In this document: in pieces, positions 39,743 to 53,155 of the stretch
Numbering within the stretch: the first letter of the stretch is position 1
Layout: each line of letters starts with the position of its first letter
Source: the human T2T-CHM13v2.0 reference genome, Homo sapiens
Assembly (NCBI RefSeq): GCF_009914755.1
Contig: NC_060925.1
Length of the DNA stretch: 64,000 nucleotides
Direction: 5' to 3' (one strand)
The notes under the pieces: model-generated
Database searches by the model: none
Told to the model about the DNA's origin: nothing
The model's input: the letters and a program-made list of their open reading frames with translations, nothing else
Program-made: the position numbers and the translations under genes

Positions 39743-42684
39743 ATCTAATTTTGATTCTTATGACAACCCTGACATGTAGGTAGTACAGATACTAGGTACA
39801 TTTCATGAATGAAACAGAGGCTTGGTGAGTTTAAGTACTTAGAATTTAGGAGGTGTAGGATGTTGGTGCTGCGCAAAGCTGAGTGCTTTCGTTCTTCATG
39901 TGAAGAATAAGGGATCTCTCTCTATTGTCATCTGACAGCCTTCTCATTTCTTCAGTTTACTGTTCTCCAGTAGTTGGATGACCATTTCCCTCCTTCGGTG
40001 TCATGGCACCATTTTTATTTATGTGCCTTTAATTCCATTCCCAAAGTCATTCAGATGAACCAAATAGGGATCCCCGCCCATTCCTTGTAAGTCTTGGTGC
40101 CCCACCATTTTTCACTGATGTGTTTTTGACCTTCTGACCATTTGGGTGTCCATACACAGGCATCCTCATCTAGCTCAAGTTGAGTTTAATGTAGTGAACC
40201 AGCCCTTGCTGGGGCATTGGCTTATGTTCATCCTGATTACTTATTTCCTACTGAAGTATTAGCATGGTGGTACAGGGTAGGGAGTCCTACACTGGTTCTG
40301 ATTCTGCCACTCACAAGCTACGTTTTCATTCTTTCTCTGAGCCTTGATTTTCCCTTCTATAAAATGAAGGGTTAGATCAAATCACATTTGAGGTCACTTA
40401 AACTCTGTCATTGGATCTGACTTCCTTATTGGTTTTCTGGTGTTCTTTGTTCACCTATCCATTCCTGGTTTACCTGATACAGGTGATGATTTTAATGATC
40501 ATACAGCCTTTGTTAGTGTATCCCTTTGCCTCACACCATGTGTTGGACTTTCTTTTCTTTTCTTTTCCCTAGGAGAAAATAACCTGCTGGCCAAGTCAGC
40601 ATCCCAGGTAGGCATGGCAGAAAGTGCTGCCGGCCCAGGGTACAGCCCGGCCTCTGCCTCACACCTGCCTCTGTGACACGAGCCAGAGATTTTAATCACC
40701 AAGCTGAAGCTCTTATTCAGGAGCTGATAGTTGAAAGGCCAGAACAGTTTCTCTGTCTTCCTGCTTTTTTTCTCTCCTCTTTGCTGTACCCCTCAGATCC
40801 TCATAATAGAAATAATCAGGCCAACCCATCTAAGCTTTTGCTAATGGAGACTAAAAGAACTGAAAGACACAGCCTCCCCATGGGCACGCTGGTTGGATCG
40901 TTCTGTCTTACCCTCTGTCCCTTTTAGAGAATTGCATGGCATTAGCATAAAGACAAGTCATCGCAATCATTTTGCACCCAGCCCCTTAATGTTGAGGAGC
41001 AGGAAGGATTCTGCTGTGATCTCCGGCACATTCATCGGCCCCTGCTGAGCTACTGATCAATAGTGACACAGTTGCATCAGATGGCCTTCAAATAGTGCTT
41101 CCTTTTTCAGATGGGCTGGGAGAGAGAGGAAGAAATATAAGTGCCTCATTCCTCTTAGACTACAAATAAATGAAGACGTGGTGTGCAGCTGCATTTCAAG
41201 CATTTTGGAAGCTTTTCTGGTGTATGTGAGGGGTGGGTGGGGGGGTTGGCACTGAGGCTTCTCTCTTGATTGCAGTTGAGAGCAAGGATGCTGCTAAATG
41301 TCCACATGGGCGCTTTGAGTCCCTATCCCCACGTCCCTTACACCCTAGCACCTGGAGAGCCCCGAGCAAGCCTCACAAGTGGGGAGTGGGATACCCTGAC
41401 GCAACTTTTCTCTTTTTCCTCCCCTCCCCCAGAGTATTTAGTAGGAGGTCACTGGCTGAGTGTGTGCCCCGGAATCTGGGGCCGCTCCTGCTGCTGCAGT
41501 TAATGCTGCTTTGTTCCATGCTAAATGAGGCGAGAACTTTCACCCTGGTCACATTCATAATCCCGCTCAGCAGGACGCTCAGCTGTGCACAAGAGCAGTT
41601 TCTGCAGGCAGGGAAGGGCTTTCCCTTTGGACAGTCCTTTGGAAAGCTCCTTTGGTTCTCTGTTTCTGGAAGCTATCAGTACAGAGGATAGGTTCAGGGA
41701 CTAACTCAGATGGGCAATCTCAGCTGGGGGTTTCTAGGCACGACCAGGGTATCAGATTTCTTTATGCTTTTGTGTGTTTTGGAGAGAGGACACAGTATGA
41801 CCAGGAGACCAGCGGGATATGAGGAGGTAGACAGGGAGACCAGACTGCATTTGGGACCCCCAAGGGAGAGAGTTTGGAAGAATGCAGGGGTCCTAGACTA
41901 GAAGCCAGGAGCTTGAGGGAGACTGAGCCCCTTCTCTGCCATCTGCTAACTGCTTTGGGCCTCACTGTCCTCTGTAAAAGAAGGGAGTTACCCCTGAAAC
42001 TCACATGTTGTATCCTGTGTGCTGAGGCTGTAGAACTGAGCAGCTTCAGAAAGGAGATGAGAGCTGGGAGTGCAGCAGAGGCAGGGACCTTTACGTTATG
42101 CCTATTTCTGGGGGCCCTGTCCTTTCCTGCGGCCTTGCCTGCGCTAGCTAGTCACTGGGGCTTTTACAGACCCATAGCAGAAGATTCTGCTAGCCTCTTC
42201 TGAAGCATGTTTTCTTGTTCTTAATGATAGTTAACTTGGCTGGTCATAAATCCTAAATCTGCCTCCTCTGAGGTGGGGAGCAGTTAAAATCTCCACTTGA
42301 TTTTCTTGTTTTTCCAACTGTCCCCTTCTGCTGGTTTCCTTGGAGTTTCCTGAGCACATGCACAGTTGGGGTCCTGAAGACCTGGCTGGGGTTTACACAT
42401 GATTTTGGAGGCTTCCCCTCTGTGACTCCCTCCTGCCTGCCCTCTCTTTTAAGCTCCTCTGGCTGTCCCCGTCTCTGGTATCCAACTCCCCAGGGTGTCA
42501 GAGTGAGCTTTTCTGCCTGAGCTCCAGCCAGCCTGCACTGTGCCTGTGGGGTTGTGCTGCCAGACGAGATGCCCCACACCCAAGCCTCACCAAGAGCAGT
42601 TCCCTTCTTTCAAAGCTTGACTTCCCATAATCTCTGCCTGTTTTTTGTCTCTTTCCAGGGCTTTCAAAGTTACTATTATTATCT

Positions 42685-42892
42685 TAAACAATAGACTTTA
42701 TTTTTTAGAGAAGTTTTAGGTTAAGAGAAAAATTGAGAGGCAAGGCCAGAGTTCTCATACATTCCTTATTATTAACATCTTACATTAGTATAGTACATTA
42801 GTTACAATTGATAAGCCAATATTGATACATTATTATGAACTAACATTCACAGTTTATATTGTGGTTCACTTTTTGTGTCCTGCGTTCTATGC
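42685..42892 (-). mobile_element. L1MC/MD 3' end fragment
   Basis: agactttattttttagagaagttttagg...gttacaattgataagccaatattgatacattatta. Confidence 0.65.
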
Positions 42893-43022
42893 AGAGCTAT
42901 TTTTTCTATCTTGTTCAGAGTTCCTATTTGTTACTTGTGGGAGGCTTAGTCTGATACTAGCTACTCCAACTTTATCAGAAGCAGAATAATCTGATGCATT
43001 TATTTTTGATTGATAAATACAA

Positions 43023-43492
<470 letters not shown>

Positions 43493-44249
43493 TTATGATT
43501 CGTGTACCAGGGGCCACAACAGTAGAGTTGATTGGTGTCTTCAGAAGTTAATCTCCAGAAAATAGGGTGGAAGCCAGCAAGTGAAAGCACTTTATGAAAT
43601 ATTAACTTAGTACTGAGGCTGAGGTTGTCCAGAAACTTATAAAAAAATTTGAAGTCTTTCAGTTAACTTTATTTGCAGTTAGCTCCTGCTTATCTGGAAG
43701 ATAAGATAGAACAGATACAGATAATCCCATATCTTGATTACCTATACAGTTTGCATCTTCTGTATAGTTTTTTTCTTTCTAGATGTTAATGAAAAAGAAG
43801 TAGGCCCTGGTATTTTTAAACTCCTTTACCTTATTTCCCCTTAAGCTCAGTGGTCAATGTTCTGAATAGAGGCCCTGTTTGATGTCTCACAGCAGGGATT
43901 CCTGGAAGGGGGGGATGCAGGAATGCTACAGAAGTCTTACAGAAGGCTAGGTGATTAAAAATCCACCAGCAGGAAGGTTTAACATACCACCCCTCTCGGT
44001 AAACCAGGAATTGCATGTGCTACTGTAAAAGCATCTGGCTTAGGTCCAATTGAAGTACCTGGATAAAAGTCAAGTAAGTTTTGCTGTGGGACTATACAGA
44101 GTGTAATGGAGGGCTGGAAGGAGCAGGCTGATGCCTCAGATGCCGGAACACCAGGCAGAATCCAGGACTCAGGATGCTCCTCAGAGGAGAGATTCTCCCA
44201 TGGGCACTTGGGGTGAATCTGTGTTCATTTCTGGAGGATTCCACTCAGT

Positions 44250-45060
44250 CAAATGTATTTTGAGCATCTCCTGTGTACCTGGACCTGTGGGAGGCACGGT
44301 CAGCTAGTGATGACTAAAGCATGTTTTAGCTGTGTGTTCTAGACAGGAGAATTGCATGGAGGTATGGGAGTCCTCTCTAAGGGTATCTCACCTACCCTGG
44401 GGGTAAACAAAGGGGAAGTAGAGATTAAGCAGAAATCTACAGGATCACGAATGTTGGAAGATTAGGGGACGAGTGGGTAGAAGAGTATTCTGTGCACAGG
44501 GAGGAACATGTGTAGATGCCCTTGAATGTGAGAAGATACGGTGTGATTGAGGAACTTCTGAATAATTGGCAAGGCCACTGGTGTGAGATGAAGCTGGACC
44601 ATGTGGCTATGTAGGCCATGCTGAGGATTTTGATTGCCATCTTTGAGCAAATGGAAGCAAGTGTGGGAGGTTCTTAAAGAAGGGAATAAGATGACCCAAT
44701 TTGCTTTGTAAAGAGATCACTCTGGCAGCTTCATGGAGAATGGTTTGCAGAGGGCCATGTGGGTACTGGAGAAACCAGTAAGGAGGCCATTGTATAGACA
44801 AAGTGAGAGAGGAAGATTTTCTGGGATCAGGTAATGGCAGTGTAGACAGAGAGGTAGAGGGGAGAGAATTGGGAGGTCCTGATCACTGATTAGCTGTGAC
44901 GGGTAAGGGAGAAGCACGTTCGGGGATGACTCAAGTTTCATGCTTGAAAAACCGGTGGATTTCCTGGGGGCTGCTAATCAGGATGAGGAAGGCTAGAGGA
45001 GGAACATGACATGGGAGAAGGAGGGGAAAAAGGATGAGTTTCCATTTTGAAATATATTCC
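44250..45060 (+). mobile_element. L2 fragment
   Basis: aaagagatcactctggcagct...ggaggccattg...gatgactcaagtttc. Confidence 0.65.
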
Positions 45061-45789
45061 TCCAATTCCCAGGCATCAGGCCAACCCAGCTCCATTGCCC
45101 TAGGAACGTGTGGGAGCCTGCATCCTGCAGGAGAGGCAGATAAAAGGAGTGCTGTTTCAAAGTGATCAACTGCCACCAGTGTATCAGTCTTTGACTGAAG
45201 GCAGGGAATTGGTGTTGCCTGACCCCTGTAGGAATTGACAGAGCCTGGATATCTGAAGGTTGTTGGCTCCTAGGCCTGAACTTCATCTACCTGCTGAGCT
45301 AACCTTCCAGTCAAGAGTGGGAGGGTCTGCCTGAGTTCAGTTTACTGCAGAATTGCTTGAAGTTGAGCAGTTAGAAGGGCCACCCTCCAGCAAGTATGTC
45401 TGGTCTTAGATGGTGTCTTACACTTTGCTCAAGATGAAGACTCAGGGACAGACAGAAGTTAGTTGTGGAGGTGGTAATGATTAGTTATCAAGGTACTCTT
45501 TGTTGTGGTGTCATATGTGTAAAGAAAGTATTCACATACCACACCCTCTGGTTTTGCCCTGTGCAGTAGACTTTCTGACCCTTTGCTTCCCTGGCACTGT
45601 AGTTCTGCTCTTGATTCATGTTATTAGAGTGGATGTTTAGCTTTTGTCTAGGAGATGCAGACCTGAATCCTGCTTTGTGTATCGTTTTAATCTCTCTGGA
45701 TGACCCTAAGGTGCAGCTATAGCGAAAACAGGTTATTTATTCCAGACACATTCTCAAAAAGGCAGATTAGTGATTCTTGTTTGTAATTT

Positions 45790-47712
45790 ATTTTATTTTA
45801 AAAAATTTATTTTCAATTTTTGTGGGTACATAATAGGTGTATAGGTTTATGGGGGCACATGAGATATTTTGATACCGGCATGCAATGCATAATAGTCACA
45901 TCAGGGTAAATGGGGTATCCATCACCTTAAGCATATATCCTTTCTTTGTGTTACAGATAATCCAATTACATTCTTTCTGTTATTTTTAAATGTACAATAA
46001 GTTATTGTTGACTATAGTCATCCTATTGTGGTATCAAATACTAGATCTTACTCATTTTACCTAATTATATTTTTGTACTCATTAACCATCCTTCCCTCCC
46101 TGCTGCAACTACCCTTCCCACCTACTGGTAACCATTGTTCTACTCTCTCTTTCCATGAGCTGAATTGTTTTAACTTTTAGCTCCCACAAATAAGTGAAAA
46201 CATGTGAAGTTTGTCTTTCTGTGCCTGGCTTATTTCACTAACCTCCATTTTTATCTGTGTTATTGCAAATGACAGGATGTCATTCTTTTTCATGGCTGAA
46301 TAGTATTCCATTTTACTGCATTTTCTTTATCCATTTGTCTTTTGAGGGACACTTAGGCTGCTTCTAAATCTTGGCTATTGTGAATAGTGCTGCAATAATC
46401 TGGGAGTGCAGATATCTCACCAATATACTGATTTCCTTTCTTTTGGGTATCCTAGCAATGGGATTGTTGGATCATGTTGTAGTTCTAGTTTTAGTTTTTT
46501 GAGGAACCTCCAAACTGTTCTCCATAGTGGTTGTACTAATTTACATTCCCATTGATAGTATACGAGGGTTCTTTTTTCTCCACATCCTTGCCAGCATTTA
46601 TTATTGCCTGTCTTTTGGATAAAAGTCATTTTAACTGGGGTGAAAGATATCTCATTGTAGTTTTGATTTGCATTTCTCTGATAATGATGTTGAGCACCTT
46701 TTTATGTACCTGTTTCCCATTTGTGTGTTTTCTTTTGAGAAATGTCTAGTCAGATCTTTCACCGATATTTAAATCAGATTATTAGATTTTTTTCCTACAG
46801 AGTTGTTTGGGCTTCTTATATATTCTGGTTATTAATCCCTTGTCAGATAGGAAGTTTGCAGATTTTTTCTCCCATCCTGTGGATTGTCTCTTCACTTTGT
46901 TGATTGTTTCCTTTGCTGTGCAGAAACTTTTTCAACTTGATGTGATCCCATTTGTCTATTTTTGCTTTGGTTGCCTGTGCTCATGGGGTATTACTCAAGA
47001 AATCTTTGCCCGGTCCAATGTCCTGGAGAGTTTCCCCAACATTTTCTTTTAACAGTTTCATAGTGTGAGGTCTTAGTTTTAAGTCTTTAGTTCATTTTGT
47101 TTTGATTTTTGTATATGGTGAGAGATAGGAGTCCAGTTTTATTCTTCTACATATGGATATCCAGTTTTCCCAGCACCATTTATTGAAGAGACTATTCTTT
47201 CCCCAATATATGTTCTTGGCATCTTTGTTAAAAATGAATTCACAGTAGATGTATGGATTTGTTTCCGGGTTCCCCATTCTGTTCCATTGGTCTATGTGTC
47301 TGTTTTTATGCCAGTACCATGCTGTTTTGGTTACATGTTCTGTAGCATGTACATGTGCATGTTCTGTAGCATGTACCTGGTTACATGTTTTGTTCTATAG
47401 CCTAATTTGAAGTCAGGTAATGTGATTCCTTCAGCTGTTTTCTTTTTGCTCAGGATAACTTTAGCTATTCTGGGTCTTTTATGGCTCCATATAAATTTTA
47501 GGATTGTTTTTTCTATTTTTGTGGAGGATGTCATTGGTATTTTGATAGGGATTGTATAGTACAGACACTTTAACAATAGTGATTCTTCCAATCCATGAAC
47601 ATGGGTTATCTTTCCATTATTTTGTGTCCTCTTCAATTTCTTTCATTAATGTTTTGTAGTTTTTATTGTAGAGATCTTTCACTTCTTTGGTTAAGCTAAT
47701 TTCTAGGTATTT
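45790..47712 (-). mobile_element. L1MA (L1MA2/3-like) 3' ~1.9 kb
   Basis: tttttgtgggtacataataggtgtat...gggtatccatcacc 3'UTR; ORF2 remnants ([21 protein letters not shown]; [14 protein letters not shown]). Confidence 0.85.
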
Positions 47713-47761
47713 AGATTAGTGATTTTCTTTGCATGAATGAGAAGGAAGGAAGGAAGAAGAG

Positions 47762-47900
47762 CAAGTGAGTGTGTGGTGTGAGTGTGATGTGTTAGTAGGG
47801 GTGTGGGGTGAGGCAAGTGTGTGGCATGTGGGGTGTGCATGTACATGTACATGCGCACCATGACTGTGTGTGAAGGTGTGTGGTACATGTATGCACACAT
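47762..47900. repeat. GT-rich low-complexity tract
   Basis: Degenerate (TG)n seen directly. Confidence 0.7.
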
Positions 47901-49102
47901 ACCAGCTGGGGTAGTGGCTGATGTAGTGAAGGAGTTACTTGTGGGGTGAAGATGGTAGATGTCTTAATGTGAGCCCCTTGTTAGGAAGCCTTGTCCAAAA
48001 CTCAAAGCTGCCTCTTCTCTCCACCTGTCCTCCCTGCATCCTATGTTTCCTTTGGCTTTCTCAGTCCAGCAGTGCCTCTTCCAGAAGAGGTAGAAATGGG
48101 CCAGGGTCATGGTAGCAGGATAGGGATGGGTCCCATCTGGGTATTTGTGTTTAGGCCCAATGGTGGGTCTCACTGGGCAGCAGCCCCTTTCCTGGTCTGC
48201 AGGGATCCAGTGGGAGGACTATACAGTCCCCCAGGCTCCCTGTGATGGGTGACCTTTCTCGGTCCTGTGGCCCTAGCTCTCATGTGATGGCTGAGGGAAC
48301 ATGAGCCCCTCAAGGCCTGTGTGTTCCTGACTGCACAGCATTCAGGGCAGGAGCCATCAGCTGTGCAGTGTCAAGGAGAGGGGGCATGGAAACTGCCCCC
48401 AGCTGGAGGGCCTGTGAAGTTGGGCAATCACGAATCTGGGCCTTACGTCATCCCTAGCTCTGGGTCGCTGTCTTGTTGACAGACTGTACCGCCTCAGCAG
48501 AGCTCAGAAGGAAAAATGTAACCACAGTTAAATCTGGCCACGCTATCAGATCTAAGTGGTTTTGTTTACCTCAGCAAGCTGCAAGGTTCTTCAATAGCTG
48601 TGTTGCTCCCCATGGGCCGTGGTGGGGCTGTCCCCTTGGGGCCAAACTGCAATGTGCTCACTGCTTGCCAGCTGTGTTCTTCAGTGTATTAGCACAAACT
48701 GTTGATCAATACTAGGGGAAATCCCTTTGTGGTATTTAGTTTTTGAAACCCTCCTCACTGGGGTCAGGCCTCAGCTCCAAATTTCGGGAAAAACTTGCTT
48801 TTCCCGTAACTACAGGACATCCCTTTCCCGCACAGATGTCGCAGTCTTATCTTCACTCTTAATGGAATCTTTGCTTGGGTAGACTTTTAAGTTAGTCTGG
48901 GCTCTTAATTTCTAGTATATCCCTTGGGCTGTTTTATGTAATTTATGTATAATAAGGAAAGGCAAGTCCCAATGAATCAGTGTGTAATGGGATGGTGTAT
49001 ATGAAGGCGCTCATGTCATAGATGCTTAATCAATGAATCAGTGTTGGGTGGTCCTATTTTCTTGTTTCATTCTTATAAGCAATGATATCTAGAGATTATA
49101 CC

Positions 49103-49403
49103 TTTTTAATTTTTACTTTTTGAAACAGAGCCTCAGTCCATCACCTGGGCTAGAGTGCCATGGCACGATCTCAGCTCAGTGCAACCTCCGCCTCCTGGGT
49201 TCAAGCAATTCTCATGCCTCAGCCTCCCGAGTAGCTGGAATTACAGGCATGTGCCACCACACCCAGCTAATTTTTGTGTTTTTAATAGAGATGAGGTTTC
49301 ATCATGTTGGCCAGGCTGGTCTCGAACTCCTGACCTCAAGTGGTCTCCTTGCCTCAGCCTCCCAAAGAACCAGAATTACAGGCATGAGCCACAGTGCCCA
49401 GCC
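49103..49403 (-). mobile_element. AluS, ~1 kb upstream of exon 2
   Basis: Reverse Alu body; TSD agattatac(c)tttt. Confidence 0.9.
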
Positions 49404-50379
49404 AAGATTATACTTTTGATCCAGCAATCTTATCCTAGGAATCCAGAAATCTTACTTCTAGAGCTACTTGGATGGGCTCAAACTTGGCTAGATGAAAAGT
49501 ATAATTTGTAGTAGTGTCATAGCATGTCCATCAGTAGGGGAGCCATTATATGTAATGTAATAGTCCTGTATTCATTGGCATAGAGAGATGCCCTAGTTGT
49601 ATTTAAAGTCAAAAAACCAAGTTGCAGAACAATGTGAGTAATATGAACCTTTACATAAAACAAATTCCCTCCTGTCTGTGAATATATACCCATCAGTACA
49701 CAAAGAGAGATGTACATCAACTGTTACAGTGGGGACTTTATTCTTTTGTGCTGCATATTTCTGCATTATTTGAATAGCTTACAGTAAGAAAGTACTCATA
49801 TTAAGCATTCATTCATCTTCAAAAAATTTTAAATAAATTAATTCATTTCTTTCCTCCAGTCGGGAACTTAATCAAATGTGTCAGGTATCTAAAACATCTA
49901 GGGCTCAATCAGTGAAATTCCATTAGTTAAAAAAGGTATATATTCTTTTTTTTTTTTTTTTGAGAGCACTAATATTTGCCAGTCACTTTTGTGTAGGACA
50001 TTTTATTCTGTTTGATCTTTACTGAGAGCCAATTTTACAGTTGAGGAAATTGAGACAAAAAAAGTGAATTGCTTTGCCATAAAGTAGTGGTGGAAGAGTC
50101 TTCACACCCAAGGCTTTCTGGCTTGAAAGGCTGCTTGGTTAGACACAGTTCTCTACTGGATCTCTGGTTAAGAGCAAGATGAAAAAAGGAAGCAGTAATT
50201 TCTGGTTAACTTGCTTTTTATAAAGTTAGAAACAGACTCAAAACAAAACACCCTGCTGGCTCTTAATTTCTTCATCTGTAAAATGGGCAGATGAGCTAGT
50301 CCTTTACCCTTTGGAACTTTCTGGGATTAGGGACACTTGCTACCCCTCCTCTCAATGAGTGTTTGCTTCTCCCCCACAG

Positions 50380-50451
50380 TACGTAGGAAGCCTGGACGTG
50401 CCAAGGCCCAACAGCAGGGTGGAGATCGTGGCTGCCATGCGCCGGATACGG
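50380..50451 (+). CDS. NOS1AP: NOS1AP (CAPON) coding exon 2, N-terminal part of the PTB domain; phase 0/0, 24 codons
   Basis: Pyrimidine tract and acceptor gtttgcttctcccccacag (AG 50378-79); donor CGG|gtgagt. Translation [24 protein letters not shown] matches NOS1AP (...[33 protein letters not shown]...). Six CpGs in 72 bp against a CpG-depleted background. Confidence 0.97.
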
Positions 50452-50814
50452 GTGAGTGGCCAGAGGTGGACTGTGTGGAGCGGGGAGTCAAGTGCCTTAG
50501 CTGCTGGCCCTTCTAGGTAGGGCTGGAGGGGCCAAAATGGATGGCTACACCCCTTGCAAACCCAAACTCCTCCTCTCTGTACCCTCTAGGTAGCTGTTCT
50601 GAATTGAACATTTGATCTTGATGAAAGGCCAATGTTAAAATGGATGTGATGGCTGGAGTGGTACCATCTTCCCTCTCTTGTGACCTGTAGCTCCTCAAAC
50701 TGAGATACATGTTACCTTGATGATGTGTGGTGACTGGCCAGGGACTGATGTCTCTTTTTTATTCAAAGATTTTAGGGAAAAGGTTTAGTAATGATCTGGT
50801 AATTGACTCAAAAA

Positions 50815-50915
50815 GATGGGGTTTCACCGTGTTGCCCAGGCTGGTCTCGAACTGCAGAACTCAGGCAATCCACCCACCTCGGCCTCCCAAAGTGTTAGGA
50901 TTATAGGCATGAGCC
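50815..50915 (-). mobile_element. Alu left-monomer fragment
   Basis: agatggggtttcaccgtgttgcccaggctggtctcgaact...ggcatgagcc. Confidence 0.85.
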
Positions 50916-51195
50916 TGTATAATGTTTATAATGGAAGCTTTTATTAGAAACGGTGGCTCTTGAATAGAATGGGAGTGGAATAAGTACTCTAAATAGGAAA
51001 AATAACATTAGCAAAGATATAGTATAGTGATGAACTGTTGCCTGGATAAGGGAGGACAAAGAAATTGGCTTGATTAGGGCATTCGAGGGTGGGTAAGCGA
51101 TGTGTTATATGGGGAGGGTGGAGCTAGTTAACAAAATGGTTTGAACTTCAGTATGAAGGAGTTTGGGATTGAGTCCATACACAGTGTGAAGCCTT

Positions 51196-51405
51196 TATAC
51201 ATATATATATACATATACACATACATATATATATACACATACATATACATATATATGTATATATATGTATATGTATGTGTATATATATATGTATGTGTAT
51301 ATGTATGTATGTGTGTATATATGTATGTGTATATATATAGAGAGAGAGAGCTTATATATATAGAGAGAGAGCTCATATATATATATATAGAGCCTATATA
51401 CATAC

Positions 51406-51445
<40 letters not shown>
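51196..51445. repeat. Compound (TA)n/(CA,TG)/(GA)n microsatellite containing a long palindrome
   Basis: Seen directly; it is the source of the spurious YIYI ORFs. Confidence 0.95.
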
Positions 51446-53079
51446 GTATCGAATATAAGATTTACTTGGATTTTTAAGAGCAAATGTGAGATTTGAACAA
51501 AATTTTATTGGTTGGATGCCGTAGGCTCCGGGAGTGTAAGTGCATTTTCTTCTGCCATTTTGTCTACTTTCGGAAAGTTCACTATACATTCTCGCTGGTA
51601 TACATGGTTCAGTCTGTGAACTTGTTGCTTTCTGACTCTGTGGTACATGAAGCTGAGACTGAGCAAGAATCAAATTCTCTTCTGATACCTGTGAAGGAAT
51701 TTGTCCATGTGCTCTGCACTGGAACAGAATAAATTACCTTGTACTTGTGCATTTCAAAGGTAGGTTTGGGATTGGTGAAATGGATTTTAAGTGTTTTTTT
51801 AAAGAGATAATTGGCATTAGAGATGGCATGATTGGTCATCCCTGGATGCAGCCTGGTTTGTTCTTTAGAATAATTGTTCTGTAGAATAATCTACTCACCT
51901 AAATGGAAAAACATGTAGGTGATGCTGTAGCTTCATTTTGCTTTGTTAATTTTACTTTCAGCCAGTCCTTCCTCTGGTCAACAGAAACTTGAGTTCAATG
52001 ACAGCAACGTTGGGAAGAAAATTTGCATGCTTGGGGCTGTTTCTCTGAGCAGTTCATCAGCCTAATAAAATCTTTTCATTGCCTTGATCTTCGCAGTATT
52101 TCAGCATTTTTTTATTGTTAAATTAAATTTATTGAGACTGCTATTAAATACAACAGTACTGTTTTTCATGGACACAGTAAGAAGTAGCTTCAAAGCACTT
52201 TCACTTGAGTTGTTTCATTCAACATTCACAGCAGGCTGTGAAGTGGGGAACCAGTTACCCTCATTTTCTAGATTAAACTGAGGCTCAGAGGGGTAGGGTG
52301 AGGAGTCTCGCAGGTCTGGGAAGGGGCAGGCATGTGGCCTGAATGCATTTCTTCACTCAGTCTCATGAGAACATGCAACTTTCGAGTGTTTCCAGGCCTC
52401 TTCTTTTCCTTCACCTTCTAGCTCAGATAGAAAGCACAGAGGCCTCGGCTGGGGAACATCTGGAGGTGTTACAGTTGTTAGGATGGGCTGCTACTTTCAC
52501 CACAGTTGTGGTTGCTGCTGTGATAAGGACTGGACCTGCAGCTGGCCTGTCCTTGGGGTTTCAACCAAAAAAAGTCCCTTTTTAATTCACTTTTGACGAA
52601 GAGATAGGGAATATGTTGTCAGTAATGTCACTATCATTATGAAAGTGATATCTCTGTTAATAGTAGCTACTATTAGGAATAGCTACTTATGTGCCAGGTG
52701 CTTTGTTAGGCTTTTTAATATTGAAATAATATTTTATTATTTTATTTATTATTTACAACTACTCTAGATGAGGATGTTATTATTACATTTTATAGATGAG
52801 GAAATAGAACCTTGGGTGGGTTAAATAATTCTAGGTCAAGTTGCTGTTAGTAGGAAGAGTTGGGATTCATATTCAGGACCGTGCTGGCCCATTTGTAATC
52901 CTGCTGAAGGCTCTTTGTGACCCTAATATGAGTCATTACCCCAGCTGAGGAACCAAAGAACTGGGACATGGGACCTCCCCAGTAAGAGAGCCAGTGGCAG
53001 AGATACAACTTCATGGAACAAACAGAGGTACAGGAAAACATCACCTGGAAGCAAGGGAAGGCCGAGGCATGGTATGGGG

Positions 53080-53155
53080 CTGGCTGGTTGTGGGATCTGG
53101 AGGCATCTGGGGTTGGAATGTGACCCCAGTCTCCTTTTCCCTCATCATCTGCCAG
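53080..53155 (+). ncRNA. MIR4654: pre-miRNA hairpin MIR4654 (mature miR-4654 ~53089-53110, UGUGGGAUCUGGAGGCAUCUGG)
   Basis: 76-nt foldback: ctggc/gccag ends, ggga/tccc, ggag/ctcc and ctgggg/ccccag pairings. Mature sequence recognised, and MIR4654 is known to lie in a NOS1AP intron. Confidence 0.85.

Noticed and set aside
51128-51673. 181-aa and 105-aa Tyr/Ile-rich ORFs
   Set aside because: Stop-free reading of the (TA)n microsatellite.
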